Shown here: positions 27,901-37,445 of the stretch, in pieces | Layout: every line of letters begins with the position of its first letter | Numbering within the stretch: the stretch's first letter is position 1 | Assembly: GCA_041082215.1 (NCBI GenBank) | Contig: JBDOIF010000152.1 | Span: forward strand, 1,235 to 65,234 | Length of the DNA: 64,000 nt | Direction of reading: 5' to 3' | DNA from: Anaerolineae bacterium | GTDB lineage: Bacteria; Chloroflexota; Anaerolineae; B4-G1; DUEL01 | Made by a program: the position numbers and the translations under genes | Notes under the pieces: model-generated | Told to the model about the DNA's origin: nothing | The model's input: the letters and a program-made list of their open reading frames with translations, nothing else | Databases searched by the model: none

Positions 27901-29124
27901 CGCCATACGGAATACAGCCACTGCGGCCAGGAAAAGCGGCAGAAGCCCCACATAGGCCCCACCCTCGACGTAGTTCTTGATCCCCCAGTCGTGGCTGAGG
28001 ATCGGCTCCCCGTGGGCGTTGACGGAGGCGGGGACCGTGCGCCACTGGAAAAGGTCAAAATAGCTGTGGTGAGCCGGGTTGCCGAAGAAATTGGGGATGG
28101 CGAAGGCGATAATGCGGCGCGGCGGGTATGCCCAGCCGAGCACCTGCTGGAGTGTCGGTGCCGCCTGTGCGCTGCGGAAGCCGGTGGTGGCCACCTCGTA
28201 GAGGGGGACGAACTGCACCGCCCCCAGCGCCAGCCCCAGCAGGACCATCAGGACCAGCCATGCCGCCGTTCTTAACCGCAAAGGGCACAAAGTCTTCTTT
28301 AAGGAAACCACGGAGGGAGCCCTGAAAACTCTGCGAAACTCTGTGTTCTCCGTGTCTCCGTGGTTAGAACCTGATGGAACTGCATAAGTCCTGCCAATCA
28401 ACCGCCAGACGGCGTAGGCTCCGGTCACCAGGAGCACGAAGTAGGTGTTCTCAGCGTGGCCCGCCAGCATCTGGCAGCCCAGCCCCATCCCTCCCAGGAG
28501 CACCCAGGGAAGGCTGGATGGGCGGCTACCCAGTGCCGGCCGCTGCTGGATCACCCGCTCCACCATCGCCAGGATGAAGGGAAGCCAGGAAGAGCCTGCG
28601 ATGATCATCGGGTGGACCACGGAGACCAGCATAAAACCGCTGAACTGGAAGGTGATCCCGGCGATGAGCCCCCCCAGCCGGCTGGCCCCCAGCGTACGGG
28701 CGAGGAGGTAAGCCCACCAGCCAGCCAGCCCCAGTTGGAGCCAGGTAAAGACCCCGTAGGCCCGCCACAGTGGGAGGACATAGAAGACAAGGCTCAGGGG
28801 GTAGAGGACCGAATGCTGCCCGTTGGCGAAGAAGGGATGGCCGGCGAAGACATAGGGGTCCCAGAGAGGCAGCTCCCGCGCCTGGATTGCTTCCACCAGA
28901 AGCCGCTTCCAGGCATAGTTTTCCAGGATCAGGTCGGCCAGCAGGTGGTTTTGGGGGACCCCCACTCCCAGCTCCTCTGCTGCTGCCCGATAGGGCTGGT
29001 GCAGAAAGAGAGCGTCGGCAGGGAGGAGGGTGCGGTCGTCCAGGACGACGGGGGCGAAGAGGATCAGCGGCAGAAAGAGGAGGATGGAGGCCGCAGCCAG
29101 GGTGGAAAGCCTGCAACGGATCAT
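24895..29124 (-). CDS. Giant fusion protein: N-terminal YfhO-family membrane glycosyltransferase-like domain (about 900 aa) fused to a C-terminal Wzx/MATE-like polysaccharide flippase domain (about 500 aa)
   Basis: The N-terminus ([12 protein letters not shown]...[22 protein letters not shown]...) is typical of YfhO. From [37 protein letters not shown] onward it is a canonical Wzx-family flippase. Start set at MIRCRL (29124), overlapping the upstream GT2 stop by 4 bp. Confidence 0.6.
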   Translation of the reverse strand: MIRCRLSTLAAASILLFLPLILFAPVVLDDRTLLPADALFLHQPYRAAAEELGVGVPQNHLLADLILENYAWKRLLVEAIQARELPLWDPYVFAGHPFFANGQHSVLYPLSLVFYVLPLWRAYGVFTWLQLGLAGWWAYLLARTLGASRLGGLIAGITFQFSGFMLVSVVHPMIIAGSSWLPFILAMVERVIQQRPALGSRPSSLPWVLLGGMGLGCQMLAGHAENTYFVLLVTGAYAVWRLIGRTYAVPSGSNHGDTENTEFRRVFRAPSVVSLKKTLCPLRLRTAAWLVLMVLLGLALGAVQFVPLYEVATTGFRSAQAAPTLQQVLGWAYPPRRIIAFAIPNFFGNPAHHSYFDLFQWRTVPASVNAHGEPILSHDWGIKNYVEGGAYVGLLPLFLAAVAVFRMAYCVFRRLPCAMRPAIGAFFTLLAFFSFGCIFGTPLYALVYALPYLHQSHSPFRWVFPLTLSVAVLAGFGVDEVRRSREEGTGGGKRGVGRFLLLDAAPSLVSLLAAMAFWGGVVTLVGLVLSRAFFGQIEPLVEQAFWNLALASSAFPDHRAFYSYEFRWVALFGLLLAATGIALRVSRCPIFLRRRPVWEFLAVTVLVVDLVSFGAGFHPAVDPALLDYTPPVVAFLRQDGSLWRYAAFTPPGTTKTMNANVGMFYGLQAVDGYDSIFPQQYAAYMELIEPQDQLQYNRIAPLRQWSSLDSPLLDLLNVKYIVTEVEIPNPAKYRLVYQDEAVRVYENLSALPRAFTLPATAAVVADDVAQALRTYDPHRYVILETGHWSLVAGSEQPAISNQQRVTSYTLNEVFIDVSVSEPSWLVLTDSYFPGWRAFVRPQGAGEEAEQEVAVARVDGNFRGVFLEPGAWTVRFKYSPNSVKVGAFITFIAGMMVLFLVGLYLWRFFYREEDEVSTVRRVAKNSLAPIVLNLFNRAIEFAFAALMARILGPVGNGQYATAVNIYLWFDTLANFGLDMYMMREVARQRDQARRIFLNTTVLRLLLYAAVAPMLGGFLAGWQGLGGALAEETVWATALLYVGLLPGSVAYGFAALFRGFEKHEIPAAIQTVTTVVRVTLGVLVLVAGMGIVGLAGAAVLTNLATLAVLAVLAHRLVWSRLPPTREQVAWPLQRLMLSESWPLMASILLQALFPGVNVLLLQNLQGDAAVGWYDAARKWVDALNIIPSFFTLAVFPVMSQQAAQDRAGLRRSYQLSVKLLTAVALPVAVVVALAATGLVGLLSGSRFLPHGATALRLLIWSILFGWLNSLTNYVLIALNRQRYVLLASGARVVFAVVANLLFVPAFSYIASAWIIVGGELLLAGLFYLDLRRQLGPVGWRQTIGRLALAGLAMGVVTGGVALLNRPLAGLAGLGVYLVALVGLRAITPQEWEMLAPLLPAPLRARLPAAIR
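26713..26775. repeat. Palindromic TTGCTGG-type heptamer array embedded in frame in the YfhO-Wzx CDS
   Basis: gttgctggttgctgattgctggttgctcg / ctgccagcaaccagcgaccagtgaccag are reverse complements of each other; translated as [14 protein letters not shown]. Confidence 0.55.
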
Positions 29125-29858
29125 GCGCCTGCCCGGAGGGACCGCAGGTGCCGGTGTCGCCAGCGGACCTCCCACACCCGCAGTGCCGCCTCGATCTTGA
29201 CCGGCATCGTCATCTTGGAGCGACCGATGCGCCGGTCCTCGAAGTAGATGGGGACTTCTAAGACGCGGTAGCCGAGCCGTTCGCAGACGTAGGCCATCTC
29301 CACCTGGAAGACGTAGCCCTGGGAGCGGATGGCACTCAGGTCAATGCCCTCCAGGGCCTCCCGCTTCCAGGCCTTGAATCCGGCGGTGATATCTCGCACC
29401 CGGCAGCCGAGGATGATGCGGGCGTAGAGGTTGGCCCACCAGGAAAGGATCACCCGCCCCAGGCCCCACTTCTCATCGGTGCGGCCCCCCTTTACATAGC
29501 GGGATCCCACCACGACATCGTATTGGGGGATATGGGCCAGGAGCCGGGGGACGTCGGAGGGAGCGTGGGAGAAGTCGCAGTCCATCTGCACGATTGCCTC
29601 CGCTCCGTGGGCCAGCGCCCACCGGAAGCCGTCCACATAGGCCCGTCCCAGCCCCCGTAGTCCGGTCCGATGGAGGACGTAGAGCCTGCCGGGGTTTTCC
29701 TCCGCCAGCCGGTCAGCGATCGCTCCGGTGCCGTCGGGCGATTCGTCGTCCACGATCAGGATGTCCAGGTCGGGGACCCCCAGCTCCCACAGCGCCCTTG
29801 CCATGGGGGTCACGTTTTCCGCCTCGTTATACGTTGGTATCACAACGGTTGTTTTCAT
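29121..29858 (-). CDS. GT2 polyprenyl-phosphate mannose/glucose synthase (Dpm1-like)
   Basis: [12 protein letters not shown]...[13 protein letters not shown]...QMDCDFSH are GT2 / DPM-synthase motifs. Confidence 0.8.
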   Translation of the reverse strand: MKTTVVIPTYNEAENVTPMARALWELGVPDLDILIVDDESPDGTGAIADRLAEENPGRLYVLHRTGLRGLGRAYVDGFRWALAHGAEAIVQMDCDFSHAPSDVPRLLAHIPQYDVVVGSRYVKGGRTDEKWGLGRVILSWWANLYARIILGCRVRDITAGFKAWKREALEGIDLSAIRSQGYVFQVEMAYVCERLGYRVLEVPIYFEDRRIGRSKMTMPVKIEAALRVWEVRWRHRHLRSLRAGA

Positions 29859-29939
29859 CCGGGCCTTTCTTTCAAAGCAAAAGGGCGCGGCTGGGTGGAA
29901 GCAAGCCGCAGCCCGGCGTTTGGAGCAGACCGATGGGGG

Positions 29940-30806
29940 TTACGAGGAGGCCAGCGAACCCCGGATCGCCTCCCGCAACCCATTCAGGTCCGAAAAAGCC
30001 CCGGGGCCGGTGAGCGTGCCCAGCCGGACCGACAGATGGGGGAGGGGGGAACCATCCCGGCTGCGGCCGGTTTCCCAGTCAACGCGGGGGTAGAAGAAGA
30101 TCAGCGTTTCCCGCAGGCGGGTGCTCAGCCGTTCCCGCGCCCGCAGGACATTTTCGGGGTGGAGGGGGAGGAAGAACACCGTGTCGTCCAGGTGGCCGAC
30201 GAAGGCATCCACTCCCTCTTCCTCTCGGGCGATGCGCTGGATCATCAGTGCCACGGCGCGGAGTACGTCGTCGCGGGCCACGAAGCCGTAGACATCGGCA
30301 AACCTTTCCAGGCCATCCAGCGCCACAGTCACAACGGCCCAGGGGTCCTTTGTTGTCAGGAGCTCCCTGAGCCGTGCTTCGGCGAGGGCGGCGAAGGGAA
30401 TGCCGGTCACCGGGTGGGTGACCGGCTCTGTGCTGGCCCGCCGCAGGACGTTGCGGACCCGCAGCTTGAGTTCCTGGACGTCGAAGGGCTTGGTGATGTA
30501 GTCTACCGCTCCCAGCTCCAGCCCGGCCAGTCGGTCAATCCGCTCCCGCCTTTCGGTGAGGAAGATGATGGGGATATGGGCGGTCCGCCTGTGGCTGCGC
30601 AGTCGTCGGCAGATCTCGTAGCCGTCTATATCCGGCAGGCGGATGTCCAGCACGATCAGATCGGGTGGGTTCTTTTTTGCGAGGGCCAGAGCTTCGTTCC
30701 CCCAGCCTACAGCCGTGACCGCGTACCCCTGTGCCTCGAAGTACGAGGTCAGCATCTCGGCCGTGTTTGGCTCATCTTCGACAATTAGGATATGCCGCGG
30801 CTCCAT
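29940..30806 (-). CDS. Response regulator with C-terminal degenerate GGDEF-like domain
   Basis: REC domain (ILIVEDEPNTAEML...DLIVLDIRLPDIDG...DYITKPF); the C-terminal GGDEF fold carries GHLDD in place of GG(D/E)EF. Confidence 0.65.
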   Translation of the reverse strand: MEPRHILIVEDEPNTAEMLTSYFEAQGYAVTAVGWGNEALALAKKNPPDLIVLDIRLPDIDGYEICRRLRSHRRTAHIPIIFLTERRERIDRLAGLELGAVDYITKPFDVQELKLRVRNVLRRASTEPVTHPVTGIPFAALAEARLRELLTTKDPWAVVTVALDGLERFADVYGFVARDDVLRAVALMIQRIAREEEGVDAFVGHLDDTVFFLPLHPENVLRARERLSTRLRETLIFFYPRVDWETGRSRDGSPLPHLSVRLGTLTGPGAFSDLNGLREAIRGSLASS

Positions 30807-30827
30807 CGCCGCCCCCGATGGTCCTGA

Positions 30828-31460
30828 CTAGCCGATAGGTTCTTTATAAATCGCATAGGTGCAGACCTTGCCGCCGGCGGCTGCGCATTCGATCTCGTCT
30901 ATACGGAACTTTTTGCCGCCGCTGACCCAGTGAAGCCCTTCTTCGATGACCCCCATCCCGGCGAAACAGATGGGCCGGTCCGCATGGCGACCCCAGCAGA
31001 CCGGGCAGGGGTGCATTGTGTAGGTGTAGTATTCTCCCTTGTCCTCCACTTCGCTGACCTGGTCGCTGAACTGGGTGAAGATTTTGGCCAGCGCCGGTAG
31101 CCCGGCCTTCAATTTGGCGGGAAGGGGTAGCACTTTAAAGGCGAGGTCTCCCACACCAGCCAGAGGGCCAAACCCTGGCAGCCCCAGGGCGAAGGCTGCC
31201 CGACCGGCCCGCAACTGAAGCCCCCGCCCTCCGCGCGGGCCGTACATCTCCTCCAGCGCCCAGTTCAGGGCCGAAAAATCGGCAAAGTCGAATTCTTTGT
31301 CGAAGTTGTCCGGGGGATAATTGTCGATCAGATGGGAGAGGCCGGCCAGGTTGAGGATCGCGTTGAGGCCGTTTTTCCCCATCACCTCCTCGATGGCCTG
31401 GATGTAGATCCGGGCCAGCTTGTTGGGGTAGAAGTAACCGCTGGGCTCGATCCGTCTCAC
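30828..31460 (-). CDS. V4R (4-vinyl reductase) domain protein
   Basis: C-terminal HPCPVCWG...CFAGMGVIEEGLHW Cys motif and overall V4R-like sequence. Confidence 0.5.
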   Translation of the reverse strand: MRRIEPSGYFYPNKLARIYIQAIEEVMGKNGLNAILNLAGLSHLIDNYPPDNFDKEFDFADFSALNWALEEMYGPRGGRGLQLRAGRAAFALGLPGFGPLAGVGDLAFKVLPLPAKLKAGLPALAKIFTQFSDQVSEVEDKGEYYTYTMHPCPVCWGRHADRPICFAGMGVIEEGLHWVSGGKKFRIDEIECAAAGGKVCTYAIYKEPIG

Positions 31461-31484
31461 GTCTAGCCTCCTGTGCCGCCTCTG

Positions 31485-31874
31485 CTACAAAATATCTGCC
31501 AGCTCTTCGGCCGCGCGACGCATCTCCAGGAAAACCAGCCCCAGCTTGGCGCCTGCCCGGGCCAGGACGGTCAGGACGGCCTCTTCACCGACTGCGGTCA
31601 GGATGACATAGCCGCCCTCACCCTTCACGTACACCTCGTCCAGCGTCCCCCGGCCCAGCTCGCTGGCGATCCGTTCGCCCAGCGAGAGCATCGCCGCAGA
31701 CATCGCCGAGACCCGGTCCTCCTCCACCCCCGCCGGCAGGGATGAAGCCATCGTCAGCCCGTCTACACTCACCACAGCGGAGGCCTCGATGTCGGGGGTG
31801 CTCATCTGGAGTTCACGCAGGCGTTCTACCAGCCGCTCGGTGCGGGACCTTTCTACCATTCCGTGCTCCTTCAA
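31485..31874 (-). CDS. Roadblock/LC7 (MglB-like) domain protein
   Basis: ASAVVSVDGLTMASSL...GGYVILTAVGEEAVLTVLA is a typical Roadblock/LC7 fold signature. Confidence 0.65.
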   Translation of the reverse strand: MKEHGMVERSRTERLVERLRELQMSTPDIEASAVVSVDGLTMASSLPAGVEEDRVSAMSAAMLSLGERIASELGRGTLDEVYVKGEGGYVILTAVGEEAVLTVLARAGAKLGLVFLEMRRAAEELADIL

Positions 31875-32029
31875 GGTGGGGTTGCCCTTCCAATAAACTT
31901 CCCACTGCCGGAGCTCCCGGCGGGAGGAATAACGAAATAAAGGTTACCATAGGTAGCGAAGCTTGTCAAGTTCTCTTGTTTGAAGGTCGGACGTGAGTTC
32001 AGACACAAACGCTCATCGGCCGCTTCTGA

Positions 32030-32110
32030 CCTCACCCCATCCCCCTCACCCCACCCCCTGGCTCCCTGCCGCGCGGGAGAGGGGAGGGGGTAGGGGGAAG
32101 GGTGAGGGTC
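32030..32110. repeat. About 80-nt C-rich / G-rich imperfect hairpin (G-quadruplex-capable arm)
   Basis: gacctcaccccatccccctcaccccaccccctggctccctgccgcgcgggagaggggagggggtagggggaagggtgagggtc; the arms are reverse complements, and the G-arm has four or more G3-5 runs. Downstream of comEA. Confidence 0.5.
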
Positions 32111-32153
32111 GCTTTCCCACCATGTCCGAAGCCCGGCTCCTGAAAGCAACCGC

Positions 32154-32765
32154 TCAGTCCACCGTGATCCGACCCCGGATCTCCTCGAAGACCGCCGGGC
32201 CAATGCCAGGGACCTCCATCAGCTCTTCCACGCTCTTGAAGGGGCCGTATGTCTCCCGGTATTCGACGATCCGCTGGGCTGTGGAAGGGCCGATGTGGGG
32301 GAGCATTTCCAGCTCCTCAACGGTGGCGATGTTGATGTTTACTATCCCCCCGCTGGCGGAAGCAACCCCGCCGGAAAGAACAGGGATAGGGGGCTCCTCC
32401 CCCACGCGCGGCACGTAGACCTGTTGCTGGTCTCTCAGCTCCTGCGCCAGGTTGATGCGCTCGAGATCGGCTTCGGGCGCCGGACCCCCGGCTGCGCGCA
32501 CGGCGTCTTCCACCAGGCTGCCGGGGGGAAGACGGTAGACCGCGGGCTGCTGCACCGCCCCACAGACGTAAACTCGCAGAGGGAGGGGGGTGGGAGTGGG
32601 GAGGGGGGTGGCCGTGGGGTCAGGGGTGCTGACCTCGATGGGAGGGGCCTGGGGATGGGGGGTGAAGAAGCCCAGCAGGCCGCCTGCGATCAGGCTCAGC
32701 ACAGAGCAGAGGACCAGAAGGCTGCGGTGACGCGCGACGCCGCTCCCCAAATCCGTGTTTTCCAT
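32154..32765 (-). CDS. comEA: ComEA-like DNA-binding protein (tandem helix-hairpin-helix)
   Basis: N-terminal TM; C-terminal VNINIATVEELEMLPHIGPSTAQRIVEYRETYGPFKSVEELMEVPGIGPAVFEEI has HhH motifs. Confidence 0.75.
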   Translation of the reverse strand: MENTDLGSGVARHRSLLVLCSVLSLIAGGLLGFFTPHPQAPPIEVSTPDPTATPLPTPTPLPLRVYVCGAVQQPAVYRLPPGSLVEDAVRAAGGPAPEADLERINLAQELRDQQQVYVPRVGEEPPIPVLSGGVASASGGIVNINIATVEELEMLPHIGPSTAQRIVEYRETYGPFKSVEELMEVPGIGPAVFEEIRGRITVD

Positions 32766-32898
32766 GTGCTTTTCTCCGTTGTAAGCTGCGTTTGTGCCTG
32801 ATTATACTCCGGGAGGCAAAAGAGACAAGTCCACCTTCTCCCCTTGTCCACTCCTCCCTTTCATGCTACAATCTTCCAGGCCTGGGAGTGCGGAAAGC

Positions 32899-33795
32899 AT
32901 GCTCGATGTGGGGATTGTGATCGTTAACTACAACACGCGCGACCTGTTGCGCACCTGCCTGCAAACCGTCTATGCCAGCCGGGGGCAGCTCTCCTTCGAG
33001 GTATGTGTGGTGGACAACGGCTCCGCCGACGGCAGCGCCGATATGGTCGCAGCCGAGTTCCACCAGGTCCGCCTGATCGCCAACGCCGACAACCACGGCT
33101 ACCCGGCAGCCAACAACCAGGGGTTACGGGCCTTCGGCTACCCCGACGGGGCCGACGCTCCCCGTTTCGCCCTGCTCCTGAACCCCGACACCGAGCTTCC
33201 GGAAGACGCGCTGACAGAGATGCTGGCCTTTATGACAGCGAGGCCCGACGCTGGCGTGGCTGGCCCCAAACTGGTCCGGCCGGACGGCTCGCTGGACCTG
33301 GCCTGTCGTCGTTCCTTCCCGTCCCCTGCTGTCTCCTTTTACCGGCTTGTCGGCCTTTCCCGCCTCTTCCCCCGCAGCCGCCGCTTCGGCCGCTATAACC
33401 TGACCTACCTCGACCCCGACCAGACGGCCGAGGTGGACGCCGTCGTGGGGGCCTTCATGCTCGTCCGCCGGGAGGCGATCCGGGACGCCGGGCTGCTGGA
33501 TGAGACTTTTTTTATGTATGGGGAGGACCTGGACTGGTGTTACCGCATCAAAGCGGCAGGGTGGAAGGTGTACTATAACCCGGCCGTCACGGTCCTCCAC
33601 GTGAAACGGGCGTCCAGCCAGCACAGCCCCCGCGCGCGGGTGGAGTTCTGGCGGGCGATGGAGCTTTTCTATACCAAGCACTATGCTTCCCATACCCCCC
33701 GTCCCCTCCACACGCTCATCCTCGGCACCCTGCGCGCGCGGACCGATCTGGAGCGGCTGAGGCAGAAGCTCACGGCCGGGCCGGAGGTGGTTTGA
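32899..33795 (+). CDS. Family-2 glycosyltransferase
   Basis: VIVNYNTRDLL...VVDNGSADGS...NHGYPAANN motifs; start at MLDVGIV is uncertain (an alternative ATG lies at 32863). Confidence 0.75.
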   Translation: MLDVGIVIVNYNTRDLLRTCLQTVYASRGQLSFEVCVVDNGSADGSADMVAAEFHQVRLIANADNHGYPAANNQGLRAFGYPDGADAPRFALLLNPDTELPEDALTEMLAFMTARPDAGVAGPKLVRPDGSLDLACRRSFPSPAVSFYRLVGLSRLFPRSRRFGRYNLTYLDPDQTAEVDAVVGAFMLVRREAIRDAGLLDETFFMYGEDLDWCYRIKAAGWKVYYNPAVTVLHVKRASSQHSPRARVEFWRAMELFYTKHYASHTPRPLHTLILGTLRARTDLERLRQKLTAGPEVV

Positions 33796-35219
33796 TGAGA
33801 GCCTTGATGAAAAAGCAAAGGGCTCACATCTTTTTTGTCGTTACCCTCGCCTTCACCGACGTGGTGATGAGTGGTGCGGCCTTCTACGCCGCCTACTGGC
33901 TGCGCCGCTATCTCCCTCTGCCAACCCCGGCCATTGATATGGGCCGGCCCGCCCGGTACATCCTGCTAATGTTCACCCATGTCCTCTCCGTCCTTATCGT
34001 GCTCCTCTACAGCCGTATGTACCGGCTGGTCCGAAGCCCTTCCCGGGTGGACGAGTTCTACCAGATTTTCGGCGCGGGGACGGTGGGGACGGTGACCGGC
34101 GTCGCTCTATCGTACCTCTTTTTCAAGAACACCCCGCTTGAGGTGGATTACCCGCGGGGGATGATCGGATATACCTGGCTGCTGACCATCGCCCTGATCA
34201 CGGTGGGACGGCTGGCCCACGGCCGACTCCGCGCCGCCCTCCAGGCCCGGGGCTGGGGGCGGGACCGGGTGCTGGTGGTCGGCACCGGGGATGTCGCCCG
34301 GATGATCCTTCAGAAGATCCTGGGCAACCCCTCTCTGGGCTACGAGGTGGTGGGCGCGGTGGCGGTCAACGGCCATCCGGAGGCTGCCCTGCCTGCTCCC
34401 ATCCTCGGCCACGCTGGCAACCTGGCCGAGATGATCGAACAGCACCAGGTGGACGAGGTGATCATCGCCCTGCCAGAGGCCTCCCATCAGGACATCCTGC
34501 TGCTGATCTCGGAATGCGAGCGGGGTAAGGCGACCATCAAGGTGTTCCCTGACCTCTTCCAGATTATGGCCGGTCAGATGAGCATCGGCGATCTGGGAGG
34601 ACTCCCCCTGCTGACCGTGCGGGACATCGCCCTGCGGGGCTGGCGGCGGGCAGCCAAACGGGCTATGGACATCGTTGGAGCCACCGTCGGGCTGGTCCTT
34701 CTCTCCCCGCTGATGCTCTTAACCGCTATTCTGATCAAGCTGGACTCCCCCGGCCCGGTCTTCTACGTCCAGGAGCGGATGGGGCTGGATGCCCGTCCCT
34801 TTCCCATGTTGAAGTTCCGCTCGATGCGTCAGGACGCGGAACGGACAGGACCGGGGTGGACCCGCCCCAACGACCCCCGTGTTACCCGGCTGGGTAGCTT
34901 CCTGCGCCGCCTCAACGTGGATGAGCTGCCCCAGTTGATCAATGTGCTGCTGGGTGAGATGAGCCTGGTCGGGCCGCGGCCGGAGCGCCCTGTTTATGTC
35001 TCCCAGTTCCGCCGCTCCATCCCCCGCTACATGGAGCGCCACCGGGAAAAGGCGGGGATGACGGGCTGGGCCCAGATCAACGGGCTGCGTGGCGATACCT
35101 CCATCGCCGAACGGACAAAATACGACCTCTGGTATATCGAGAACTGGTCGCTCCTCCTGGATATCAAGATCCTCATCCGCACCCTTTTCAACGTCTTTCG
35201 TGCCCCCAACGCCTACTGA
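33792..35219 (+). CDS. Polyprenyl-phosphate glycosyl-1-phosphate transferase (bacterial sugar transferase, WcaJ/PssY-like)
   Basis: N-terminal TM block and a C-terminal bacterial sugar transferase domain ([11 protein letters not shown]...[16 protein letters not shown]...[16 protein letters not shown]). Confidence 0.85.
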   Translation: MMRALMKKQRAHIFFVVTLAFTDVVMSGAAFYAAYWLRRYLPLPTPAIDMGRPARYILLMFTHVLSVLIVLLYSRMYRLVRSPSRVDEFYQIFGAGTVGTVTGVALSYLFFKNTPLEVDYPRGMIGYTWLLTIALITVGRLAHGRLRAALQARGWGRDRVLVVGTGDVARMILQKILGNPSLGYEVVGAVAVNGHPEAALPAPILGHAGNLAEMIEQHQVDEVIIALPEASHQDILLLISECERGKATIKVFPDLFQIMAGQMSIGDLGGLPLLTVRDIALRGWRRAAKRAMDIVGATVGLVLLSPLMLLTAILIKLDSPGPVFYVQERMGLDARPFPMLKFRSMRQDAERTGPGWTRPNDPRVTRLGSFLRRLNVDELPQLINVLLGEMSLVGPRPERPVYVSQFRRSIPRYMERHREKAGMTGWAQINGLRGDTSIAERTKYDLWYIENWSLLLDIKILIRTLFNVFRAPNAY

Positions 35220-35294
35220 TTGGCTCCCGGCCCGTTCCGATTTGGTCAATCGCACGGGAGTGTGGTATACTCAGAAGAGCAGAGAGGGCGGGGT

Positions 35295-35996
35295 ATGGAC
35301 GAGATCCGGATCATCATTGTGGACGATCACCCCTTTTTCCGCGAGGGGCTGCGGAATGTGCTCGCCTCCGAACAGGACATCCGGGTTGTGGGCGAGGCAG
35401 GAGACGGAGAGGAGGCCGTGGAAAAGGCTGCCGAGCTCCAGCCCGACGTCATCCTGATGGACGTCAATCTGCCCCGGATGAACGGACTGGAGGCGATGCG
35501 GCGCATTAAAGAAGCCCGCCCCGAAACCAACTTCGTCATCCTCACCGCCTACGACGACGAGGAGCAGGTCTACCACGCCGTGCGGGCCGGCGCCTCCGCC
35601 TACCACGCCAAAGATGTGGACCCCAGGAGGCTCGTGACGACGATCCGGGAGGTCAACGCTGGCCGATATGTGGTGGGCGGTGCGACGCTGACGGAGACGG
35701 AGATCGGCCAGTGGCTCCTGGAAAAGTTCCGCCTCTTCGGCGGGGAGATGTTCGAAGAAGGCCGCTACCTCTCCCCCCTGTCGGCGCGGGAGATGGAGAT
35801 CCTCCGCATGGTTGTGGCCGGGATGAGCAACAAGGAAATCGCCTACCGCCTGGGCATCAGCCATCAGACAGTGAAGAACCACATCACGGCCATCCTGAAC
35901 AAGCTCGGCGTGGCCGACCGGACCCAGGCCGCTGTCTATGCGCTCCGCCGGGGCTGGGTGCCGCTCCGGTCGGCCTCCGGGGGGGAGTCCTCGTAG
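35295..35996 (+). CDS. NarL/FixJ-family response regulator (REC + LuxR HTH)
   Basis: IIVDDHPFFREGL...VILMDVNLPRMNG; C-terminal LSAREMEILRMVVAGMSNKEIAYRLGISHQTVKNH. Confidence 0.85.
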   Translation: MDEIRIIIVDDHPFFREGLRNVLASEQDIRVVGEAGDGEEAVEKAAELQPDVILMDVNLPRMNGLEAMRRIKEARPETNFVILTAYDDEEQVYHAVRAGASAYHAKDVDPRRLVTTIREVNAGRYVVGGATLTETEIGQWLLEKFRLFGGEMFEEGRYLSPLSAREMEILRMVVAGMSNKEIAYRLGISHQTVKNHITAILNKLGVADRTQAAVYALRRGWVPLRSASGGESS

Positions 35997-36006
35997 GGGG
36001 GCAACT

Positions 36007-37056
36007 ATGGTCGTGCAGGGTCAGTCCGATTCCTCGTTCCAGCAGTTCGTGGAAGAGTGCCGCAAAGAGTACGAGCAGATCCAGACCGAGCTGAAGGAGG
36101 TGGACCTGCTGATCCAGCAGACGGTGGGAGAGGTGGATCGGCTCTCCCAGCGCAGTGCCCAGGTTGCCAACCGGCTGCGGCAGGTCGAATCGCTCTTCGA
36201 CACCATCCCCCGGGAGGACATCCGTGAGGCATATACCGCTGTGCTGGAGACCCAGCAGCGCCTCTTCACGATGCGCGGCCAGCTGGAGAAGCTCCAGTCC
36301 GACCAGCGGAATATGGATCGGCTGGCCCGCCTCCTGCGGCGTGTCCTGGAGTTTTCCCAGGTGGACGTATCTTTACAGGGCCAGGTAGCAGAGGAGGAGG
36401 AAGGGGAAACCATGCCCCTGGTCATCCGCATCATCGAGGCCCAGGAGCGGGAACGAAAGGACATGGCCCGTCAGATCCACGACGGGCCTGCCCAGGCCCT
36501 GACCAACCTGGTCCTCCAGGCAGAGATCTGCGAGCGGCTATTTGATTCCAACCCCGAAAGAGCACGGGCGGAGCTGGCCAACCTGAAGACGGCAGTAGCC
36601 GCCACGTTCCAGAAGGTCCGTGGCTTCATCAGCGACCTGCGGCCCATGATGCTGGACGACCTGGGGCTGGTGCCCACTCTGAAGCGACACATCGAGGGGT
36701 TCAATGAGACCAACGAGATGCAGGTTAGCCTCCTGGTCACTGGCCGGGATAGAAGGTTTGCCCCTTACAAGGAAGTGACCGCCTTCCGCGTGATCCAGAC
36801 ACTGCTCATCAACGCCCGCGACCTCTCCCACGCCTCCAACGTTCAGGTCTCCCTCGACGTGGGGGAGAACTCCCTCCACGCGGCCGTAGAGGATGACGGC
36901 AGCGGGTTCGAGATGGAAGAGCTGGCCAGCGGGCCGATCGCCGAGCAGATGGGCCTGCGGGCGTTGCGGGAACGGGTGGAGATGGTGGGGGGGGAGTTCT
37001 GGGTGGAAAGCAGCCCCGGTCGGGGCACCAGGGTCAGCTTTGACATCCCCCTGTGA
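36007..37056 (+). CDS. Sensor histidine kinase, HisKA_3 (NarX/DegS-type), probably cytoplasmic
   Basis: H-box ERERKDMARQIHDGPAQALTNL and an HATPase region with ...DDGSGF...; no clear TM segment, a coiled N-terminus. Confidence 0.8.
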   Translation: MVVQGQSDSSFQQFVEECRKEYEQIQTELKEVDLLIQQTVGEVDRLSQRSAQVANRLRQVESLFDTIPREDIREAYTAVLETQQRLFTMRGQLEKLQSDQRNMDRLARLLRRVLEFSQVDVSLQGQVAEEEEGETMPLVIRIIEAQERERKDMARQIHDGPAQALTNLVLQAEICERLFDSNPERARAELANLKTAVAATFQKVRGFISDLRPMMLDDLGLVPTLKRHIEGFNETNEMQVSLLVTGRDRRFAPYKEVTAFRVIQTLLINARDLSHASNVQVSLDVGENSLHAAVEDDGSGFEMEELASGPIAEQMGLRALRERVEMVGGEFWVESSPGRGTRVSFDIPL

Positions 37057-37097
37057 CGCTCCGGGCCGACCCGGTCCGCTATAGTACTCACTTCCTA

Positions 37098-37128
37098 TTG
37101 ACCCCTCAGTGCTTTTGTGGCATCATAT
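37098..37128 (+). promoter_or_regulatory. Promoter candidate upstream of the flp pilin (TTGACC ... CATCATAT)
   Basis: TTGACC at 37098..37103 and an AT-rich -10-like catcatat at about 37121..37128; GGAGGTG RBS at 37191..37197. Confidence 0.3.
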
Positions 37129-37198
37129 GCATAGACGTTGAGGGGGATTGCCTCCCCGCAGGGTTATTCTCACACAGAGAGGAGGTGAATGAACATGT

Positions 37199-37351
37199 TG
37201 TATCTGCCGCGCGAAGAGGGCCAGGGCCTGGTCGAGTATGCTTTGATCCTCGTTCTGGTGGCCATCGTCGTGATCGTCATTCTGGCGCTGCTGGGCCCGG
37301 CCATTGGGAACATCTTCTCCAACATCGTCAGCGCGATCTAGTGTCCCTAGC
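37199..37351 (+). CDS. flp: Flp/Fap-family type IVb pilin (50 aa), missing from the ORF track
   Basis: MNMLYLPREEGQGLVEYALILVLVAIVVIVILALLGPAIGNIFSNIVSAI; the G/xxxxEY processing motif (GQGLVEYALI) plus a hydrophobic helix; strong RBS. Confidence 0.7.
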
Positions 37352-37384
37352 CCCCCATCTCTATTCCAGCATAAGCTGAGCCCC

Positions 37385-37421
37385 GCTCTCCGGCGGGGCT
37401 CAGCGTCTTTCAACTCCCTGA
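37385..37421 (+). terminator. Rho-independent terminator after flp
   Basis: GCTGAGCCCCGCtctccGGCGGGGCTCAGC hairpin followed by GTCTTTC. Confidence 0.6.
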
Positions 37422-37445
37422 CCGATTTAACCGTCTCTCCACCTT

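Noticed and set aside
29124-29175. Tracked N-terminal extension [17 protein letters not shown] on the YfhO-Wzx ORF, and the 156-aa extension on hdrB3 (62741..63208)
   Set aside because: Both would deeply overlap well-supported upstream genes (GT2 and hdrC respectively); internal ATGs with 4-bp coupling or RBS motifs give canonical protein N-termini.
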